Source: Promethearchaeota archaeon
Lineage (GTDB): Archaea; Asgardarchaeota; Lokiarchaeia; Sigyniarchaeales; SOKP01
Assembly (NCBI GenBank): GCA_048940645.1
Contig: JBHLOI010000051.1
Coordinates: forward strand, 1-23,501
DNA length: 23,501 nt
Direction of reading: 5' to 3'
How positions within the stretch are numbered: position 1 is the stretch's first letter; every line of letters begins with the position of its first letter. The translations under genes and the position numbers were made by a program. Positions 17,720 through 23,501 of this stretch are shown here, in pieces. The notes under the pieces were generated by a model. It ran no database searches. It was not told where the DNA came from and saw only the letters and a list, made by a program, of their open reading frames with translations.

Positions 17720-19939
17720 ATGACTATCATAAATTGTAAGCTCTGTAATGAAAAGATTAGTTTTGACCTCCATAATGCAGGAACTTACTCACACATAACT
17801 GAGTCAGGAAATCCTATGATAGGAAAATTATATACCGTCCGTGTATCACATCAAACTAATTCAGGATCATTACATATAAACGTTGTTGTAATCGATCAAA
17901 GAGGTGAATATCGTGCTCATAAAGATTACTATGAAGATAAACAACTTAAAGATAAAACAGCTGATATATGGGAAAAAATAATACATCAAATTCCAATAGA
18001 AATTCGAGCTTATTTATCCCTAGCAAATAATGAGGAAAAAAGAATTATCTCCTCTATTCCTGAACCATTTACTAAATCTGCTAATGAATGGTATAATATT
18101 TTAACAAGATTAAAAAATGAAAATCCAAATAGTCAGTTGCTCAATTTTCTTTCTGTTAAATGGGGCTTTATTATAGGTAAAGGAAAACAACTTCTAAATG
18201 ATACCTATAATTCTAGTTCCTGGAGTTATCCTATCTATTTACGTTTGCAAGCAAGATTTGCTACTAGACCAGAATTAGTCGAACTAGCAAAAAACATGAA
18301 ATTTCATTCTGCTCCTCCATTAATGCAATTAGAAGAATCAATCGCAAAAGCTGAAACTTATCTGCGTTTAAGTGAATATAATCTTATGGAGGAACTATAT
18401 AATGAGTCCTTGAAAAAATGGGGACATGAAAGTTCCGTTGAAATCAAAACTGGGTTAATGCTTATTCAAGGATATTATGGTTTTGGATTCTATTTCCTTG
18501 GGAATATCAATAAAGGAATTGAATTAATAGAACCAGCTTTTAATTTCGGACAAATAGTTGAAAACCGTGAAGTAATCAGTGTTACTGGAAATTTTTATGC
18601 TGCAGTGCTCCAATCCAGTGGAGAATTAGAAAAAACTTTACAAACATACAATATTGCTCTTGATGTAAGTGAAGATATGGGTGATGAAAGAACAAAGGCG
18701 GTAATCTCAACAAATATGTCCATTGTTGAGTCAAAACAAGGATTATATGATAAAGCCTTAAAACGTCAAAGGGCTATTTTAGAATCACCAATAGTTAAGG
18801 ATGAATTTTTCTTAAAAGTTTCGCTCCAAAGCATTATTGCTGAGACTCTATTTATAGCTGAGCGTTATAACGAGTCAAAAGAGTTATGCCAGGCTATACT
18901 TCTTGAGAAAAATATACCAACAAATTACAAATTTGATACACTTTCCACCTTAAAGAAAATTGCAGGAAAGACTGACTCAACCGAATTATTGGAGTATGTC
19001 ACCAATAATCTACCAAACGATAAAGGATTTTTAGAAACACCTGTATATAAAATTTTCAATTATGATTTACAAGCTATTAATGCAAAATTACACAATAACT
19101 GGCATGAATTAATTAAGTGTTTAAAGAACGAACGAGAAATTATGTTTAAGAATAATTTGATAGAAGATGCGAGTGATATTGAAATTAGACTTGCTGATGG
19201 ATATTTTAAGCAATATCAAGAATCTCAGATGCTTGAATATCTCAATCATGCATATAGTCATTTAGATTCAGCTAAAATTATTGCTATAGAGCAACAAAAT
19301 CATTTAGATCATTGTAGACTGGTAATGCTTAAGGGATTTCTAGCTACAGAAAGTAAACTACCTGAACAAGCAGAAATGAATTTTAAAGAAGCTTTGAAAA
19401 TCGCTCGGGTATATAAATTAGCTAATTTAGAAACTCAAATTATGCAGCAACTAGATTTACTAAAAAAAGGTAGTATTGAAAAGTCTGCTAGTTCATTTTT
19501 ACGAAAATTATTCAATAAATTAACATTCAGAAAAGTTGAAGAGTCAAAACCAAAAGAAAAAAGTATCATCTATTCAATATCTATAGGAAATCAAGATTCC
19601 ACTTGGATGATGATTTTACAAAATGAAAAAGATGGTAATTCAGAATATACTAATTATTTGTTAGGATTCCGTGATTTATGGAATCATTTAGGAACAGATA
19701 ATATTCAGCAACAAGTAAATTATTTTACAGTCAGTAAGGGAGCTGTTTTAATTGAAAAATCTCTAAATTTTCAATTAATTGCTTTAAGTAATCAATTAGA
19801 TTATTTAACTAGACTAACACTTCAGAATCTTTTACCAAAGATTGAAAATTATTCCTATAAAAATATTCCAGAAAAGTTAACAGAACACGTGCAAGAACTG
19901 ATTAATAGCAATATAACCAACTTTTCTAAAGTCATGTAA
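17720..19939 (+). CDS. Multidomain protein: N-terminal putative Zn-binding domain, TPR solenoid, C-terminal longin/roadblock-like alpha/beta domain
   Basis: CKLC...RVSH...HINVVVID N-terminus; TPR-like helix pairs (YGFGFYFLGNINKGIE, AAVLQSSGELEKTLQTYNIALDVSEDMGD, KQGLYDKAL, AEMNFKEALKIAR). The C-terminal ~130 aa show a strand-strand-helix-strands-helix pattern; that fold call is inference. Confidence 0.7.
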   Translation: MTIINCKLCNEKISFDLHNAGTYSHITESGNPMIGKLYTVRVSHQTNSGSLHINVVVIDQRGEYRAHKDYYEDKQLKDKTADIWEKIIHQIPIEIRAYLSLANNEEKRIISSIPEPFTKSANEWYNILTRLKNENPNSQLLNFLSVKWGFIIGKGKQLLNDTYNSSSWSYPIYLRLQARFATRPELVELAKNMKFHSAPPLMQLEESIAKAETYLRLSEYNLMEELYNESLKKWGHESSVEIKTGLMLIQGYYGFGFYFLGNINKGIELIEPAFNFGQIVENREVISVTGNFYAAVLQSSGELEKTLQTYNIALDVSEDMGDERTKAVISTNMSIVESKQGLYDKALKRQRAILESPIVKDEFFLKVSLQSIIAETLFIAERYNESKELCQAILLEKNIPTNYKFDTLSTLKKIAGKTDSTELLEYVTNNLPNDKGFLETPVYKIFNYDLQAINAKLHNNWHELIKCLKNEREIMFKNNLIEDASDIEIRLADGYFKQYQESQMLEYLNHAYSHLDSAKIIAIEQQNHLDHCRLVMLKGFLATESKLPEQAEMNFKEALKIARVYKLANLETQIMQQLDLLKKGSIEKSASSFLRKLFNKLTFRKVEESKPKEKSIIYSISIGNQDSTWMMILQNEKDGNSEYTNYLLGFRDLWNHLGTDNIQQQVNYFTVSKGAVLIEKSLNFQLIALSNQLDYLTRLTLQNLLPKIENYSYKNIPEKLTEHVQELINSNITNFSKVM

Positions 19940-19957
19940 TGATTAATATTTATTTTT

Positions 19958-20398
19958 GTGACAAATATGAATCCTGAATTTATGTCAAAACTATTAGAAT
20001 TTAAAGATAGAACTAAGGTAAAAGTCAGATTTAATGATACGGATGCAATGGGTATCGTACATTTTAAAAATTATCTGGTATATTTTGATGATGGTTTTGT
20101 TAGCTTTATGAATAATTTACTAGCTCCTAAAAGAATAGAAGACACTGTTAAGGAAGGATTTGTATTTGGTGTTAAAAAAGTTGATATTACTTATCAAGGT
20201 TCTGTAGGGTTTGGAGATTATGTAATTGTTGAGACCCAAATAACAGAAATTGGGAATTCTTCGGTAAACTTTCATCATGAAATCTTTAGGGAATCCGATA
20301 ATAAATTAATCGCAACAATTAATTGTATAAGGCTTGTTATGGAGCTTCGAACTAATAAATTAGTAAAAGTTAATGAATTTTTTACTAAATACCTTTAA
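19958..20398 (+). CDS. Hotdog-fold acyl-CoA thioesterase (4HBT/YbgC family)
   Basis: VRFNDTDAMGIVHFKNYL motif; GD.V.V...I..IGNSS. Confidence 0.9.
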   Translation: MTNMNPEFMSKLLEFKDRTKVKVRFNDTDAMGIVHFKNYLVYFDDGFVSFMNNLLAPKRIEDTVKEGFVFGVKKVDITYQGSVGFGDYVIVETQITEIGNSSVNFHHEIFRESDNKLIATINCIRLVMELRTNKLVKVNEFFTKYL

Positions 20399-20473
20399 TT
20401 TTTAATAAAATTATACATTCAAATGATCATTCTATTCTATTATGTTTTATATTGATTAAAGAAGGTTAAGATT

Positions 20474-21487
20474 ATGGATTTTAATATTGCAGCAGCAAAT
20501 GCTCTTCAATATGTTTTAGAAGCTAAATCAGGGGAATCAATATTAATAATTTCCGATGATATAAAAAAAGAAGTAGCTCAAGCTTTTGCAAATGGAGCAA
20601 TTGATTTAGGGCTGTGGACTCGTTTAGTTATTTTAGAAACGGAAGAAAAGTTATTCAGAACAGAAATACCCACTCATCTATTAGAAATGCTAAATTCATC
20701 CTATAAACCAGATATTTTTATCAATATCTTTAGAGATACCAGTAAAGAAACACCTTTTCGAATTAAGATAGTTCAATTAGAGACTCGAAAGAAGCTTTCA
20801 CGATTAGGCCACTGTCCAGGTATAACTATAGATATGTTAACAAAAGGAGCTTTATCATTAAATCAGGAAGAATATATTAAAATGCAAAATAATGCCAGAA
20901 GATTATTAAGCATACTACAGGATGTAGAATCAGTTAAGGTTAAAGCACCAAATGGTACCAATTTCGAGTTAAGTGTTAAAAATAGAACTTGGTATTCAGA
21001 TACATTTATTGATTGGAAATTAATGAAATGGATGAATTTACCCGTTGGTGAAGTTCTTATAGGACCTATTGAAACCTCAATGCAAGGAACTCTGGTATGT
21101 GATCTAGCAATTGGTGGAATAGGTCCAATAGAAAAGAAAATTACTTTAGAGGTTAAGGACGGTCGCGTTGAGAGTATTGAAAGTGAGGATAAAAAAGTTC
21201 TTGAAAGAGTTAAAGAAACACAGGCCGTTGATGAGATGGCAAAATATGTAGGAGAATTTGCTTTTGGACTTAATCCTAAGGCTAGATTAGTTGAACAATT
21301 TCTTGAAGCTGAAAAAGTGGGTAATGCGATACATGTTGCGTTTGGCAATAATATGGATTATCCAGGTATAGTAGCAAATAATTCAGCACAACATCAGGAC
21401 TTTTTGATTGATAAACCAACAGTAGAAATATTTTATACAAATGGTTGGTCTCGTATAGTTATGGATAAAGGAAATTTGATTATATAA
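20474..21487 (+). CDS. M29-like (thermophilic metalloprotease) aminopeptidase
   Basis: NLPVGEV..GP, GEFAFGLNP, EAEK...HVAFG, HQD metal ligands. Confidence 0.88.
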   Translation: MDFNIAAANALQYVLEAKSGESILIISDDIKKEVAQAFANGAIDLGLWTRLVILETEEKLFRTEIPTHLLEMLNSSYKPDIFINIFRDTSKETPFRIKIVQLETRKKLSRLGHCPGITIDMLTKGALSLNQEEYIKMQNNARRLLSILQDVESVKVKAPNGTNFELSVKNRTWYSDTFIDWKLMKWMNLPVGEVLIGPIETSMQGTLVCDLAIGGIGPIEKKITLEVKDGRVESIESEDKKVLERVKETQAVDEMAKYVGEFAFGLNPKARLVEQFLEAEKVGNAIHVAFGNNMDYPGIVANNSAQHQDFLIDKPTVEIFYTNGWSRIVMDKGNLII

Positions 21488-21515
21488 TTAATTTTTTCAA
21501 TATTTTAATTTTCCA

Positions 21516-22616
21516 TTAGGTACTTTGAATAGGGGGTATAAATACATCCCTTGCTCCTGTTCTTTTGAGTTTAATTGCATTTTCAGGACAGTGATGAGCA
21601 CAAACTCCACACCCTATGCATTTTTTTTGATTTATTTGTGCTGTTGAATTACTTAATTCAATGGTCTCCATGGGACATTTTTCTAAACAAGTTCCACATC
21701 CTACACAAAAATCTTCATTAATTACTGCTAAATAGGATGTTATCGTATGGAAAGGCACAATTCCTTGATAATACATTCTAAAGGGCCCACAACAACATTT
21801 GCAACAATTACATAATGCTTCTAACCCTCGATTTGTATCCAAATGAACATGAAATACTTTATGAACCAAACCATAATCTTCAGCTTCTCTAAGAATTCTT
21901 AGCGCACTCTCCTTCGAGATAGGTTTCCCAAAGTTATGTTCTATCACAAATTCAGCACTTTTATCAAAGAAAAAGCAGTTTTTTTTTGGTGCGTTTAATT
22001 TACACGGATCATCTACTAAATCTTTTTCTTGGCGACAGTAACAATTTGCTAAAGCGATATCATTATAATCATTGATAATTTGTTTTAATTCTTCATAAGG
22101 CATAATTCCCTCTCCCCCCACCTCTATTTGTTTTTCTACAGGAATAATTCGATCTAATGCTGGAGCATTCTTAAATTGTTCAACAATACCATTATAATTC
22201 TTCTGGCTTCCTTCTCTTAATTCTTTAAATAATTTTTCAAAAAGCTGTGCCTTTTTTTTATCTTTTACTGTTTTAGTTCCCCTAAGAAATTGATATTCAA
22301 AAATCCCAGGCCACATTGGCATTAAACGATAAACCATGATGCCTGTTCTTCTACTGGGAACACCCACAATAATGCCATCATCCATTAAGCTATTTAACAT
22401 TTTGTTTAGTTGGTCATCATCTAAATCACTTTTTTGTTTAATCTCGTTAATATTTAATGAAGGTTTTTTAAAAATCAAAATAAATGTTGCTTGCTCTTCT
22501 GATACTAAAGTTTTTATTAACTCTATTATTGTAGGTGTTATTGGTATAGGCATTTGACCTGCTTTAGCGATTGTCCTTGCTGCTCGATACCAGAGTTTTT
22601 CTATTTTTTCACTCAT
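21516..22616 (-). CDS. Poly-Fe-S protein with N-terminal wHTH-like region and C-terminal 2x[4Fe-4S] ferredoxin domain
   Basis: CYCR...C...C, CNCCKCCC, CVGCGTCLEKCP and CIGCGVCAHHCP. Confidence 0.88.
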   Translation of the reverse strand: MSEKIEKLWYRAARTIAKAGQMPIPITPTIIELIKTLVSEEQATFILIFKKPSLNINEIKQKSDLDDDQLNKMLNSLMDDGIIVGVPSRRTGIMVYRLMPMWPGIFEYQFLRGTKTVKDKKKAQLFEKLFKELREGSQKNYNGIVEQFKNAPALDRIIPVEKQIEVGGEGIMPYEELKQIINDYNDIALANCYCRQEKDLVDDPCKLNAPKKNCFFFDKSAEFVIEHNFGKPISKESALRILREAEDYGLVHKVFHVHLDTNRGLEALCNCCKCCCGPFRMYYQGIVPFHTITSYLAVINEDFCVGCGTCLEKCPMETIELSNSTAQINQKKCIGCGVCAHHCPENAIKLKRTGARDVFIPPIQST

Positions 22617-22723
22617 AATTTGAAACGAAGCCAGAATATTTTATCCCAAATTAATTGCATAGGAAAAATTATCATTATTTAATTATATTACGCTGTTTAT
22701 AAAAAAGAAGTTAGTGAATATTT

Positions 22724-23158
22724 TCAAAGAGGTTCTCTAATTAAATAATATACTTTTTCAGAATTGCATTTAGGACAACTAACTTTTCTATCTTTTGAAG
22801 CTGATTCATCCTTCCATTCTTCATTACAATTTAAACAACCATAACCTATAAATCCCTTTTTAAAATCCACATTTCCCCCATAAACTTTAATGACTTTTCC
22901 TTCCATTATAGCTTGAGTTACCTTTTGATGAGCGCTTTCTAATATTCTAGAAAAGGTAGGTTGAGAGACTCCCATTTTATCTGCTGAATCTTTTTGATTT
23001 AAATCAATATAGTGTTTTAACCGTAGCGCTTCGAATTCTGCAATGGTTAGGATTATTTGATCTTCAGCTAATGGGCCATCTATTGCTATTCGAAAATATA
23101 GATTGTCAGGTGGACTTTTCACCATACGCATTCTTGTTCTACGACCCATAATCAGCAC
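22724..23158 (-). CDS. DUF134-family HTH protein with C-terminal Zn ribbon (true start may be ATG 23149)
   Basis: MGRR, EFEALRL, LNQKDSADKMGVSQPTFSRILESAHQKV, CLNC...CPKC. Confidence 0.9.
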   Translation of the reverse strand: MLIMGRRTRMRMVKSPPDNLYFRIAIDGPLAEDQIILTIAEFEALRLKHYIDLNQKDSADKMGVSQPTFSRILESAHQKVTQAIMEGKVIKVYGGNVDFKKGFIGYGCLNCNEEWKDESASKDRKVSCPKCNSEKVYYLIREPL

Positions 23159-23501
23159 TGATTAAATTAAGTTATATTTGAAATATTTATTCAAAATTTT
23201 TATAATTATTTATTAAAAATACAAATTTTAATCATATGGTTATATGTTATAAATGAATTGAATTTTTAATGTGAGATATGTATTAGCGGATTTCATAACA
23301 TTTTTAATCCGAATTTTTAATTTAAATCATTTTTATATAATTTTGTAAATCCATTACATATAAAAATACAAAAGACGAATTTATATCTAATTTAATTAGC
23401 AGTCACTGCTAACCAGGAAAAAGAAAAAGAATTAGGATTGTAATATTATTCTTTTTTTTTAATTTTTAAATTAATTTTAAAAAATATATTAACTACATTG
23501 A

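Noticed and set aside
14280-21500. Genomic island integrated at the tRNA
   Set aside because: No integrase, no visible repeat of the tRNA 3' end within the window, and no obvious compositional shift by eye.
1037-22557. Short opposite-strand ORFs in the track (1037-1240, 2843-3073, 4462-4749, 6058-6261, 6575-6880, 7015-7383, 7619-7876, 7723-7914, 9979-10386, 10827-11027, 12456-12644, 14667-14885, 20863-21348, 22336-22557)
   Set aside because: All lie wholly antisense to well-supported genes and show no recognisable motifs; they are shadow ORFs.
1-23501. Genome-wide UGA reassignment to explain the in-frame TGA
   Set aside because: pncB and DUF134 end at TGA at expected lengths, and no other gene has an internal TGA.
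23160-23501. CRISPR leader/array, replication origin or ncRNA in the terminal AT-rich stretch
   Set aside because: No regularly spaced repeats, no ORB-like G-string motifs and no GC-rich structured segment; it looks like ordinary promoter/intergenic DNA.

Overview
AT-rich archaeal chromosomal window, most consistent with an Asgard archaeon (probably Lokiarchaeia/Promethearchaeota). The assignment is inferred from a PolB1-type DNA polymerase, a tetraether lipid synthase homologue, a tRNA with bulge-helix-bulge (BHB) introns and a Ras-superfamily GTPase beside a TPR protein. Gene order: pncB; a secreted, C-terminally anchored protein broken by a frameshift and an in-frame TGA; a TIGR04076-like protein; a 55-aa four-Cys ORF missing from the track; ADP-forming acyl-CoA synthetase alpha; a geranylgeranyl-reductase paralogue; Tes with an abutting 95-aa ORF; a tandem MoaD/ThiS-like protein lacking GG; a polyprenol/diacylglycerol kinase; PolB1; a tandem DUF2934-like protein; tRNA-Thr(UGU) with two non-canonical introns; an NPP-type phosphodiesterase; an NAD-dependent epimerase; the small GTPase and a Zn/TPR/longin-like protein; a thioesterase; an M29 aminopeptidase; a poly-Fe-S protein; DUF134. 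No CRISPR array, transposase or integrase was seen. Best candidates for new biology: the GTPase-TPR module, the Tes-centred lipid neighbourhood with uncharacterised partners, the double-intron tRNA with a decoy His anticodon, and the in-frame-TGA gene followed by a SECIS-like hairpin. All family calls come from motif recognition by eye; no searches were run.
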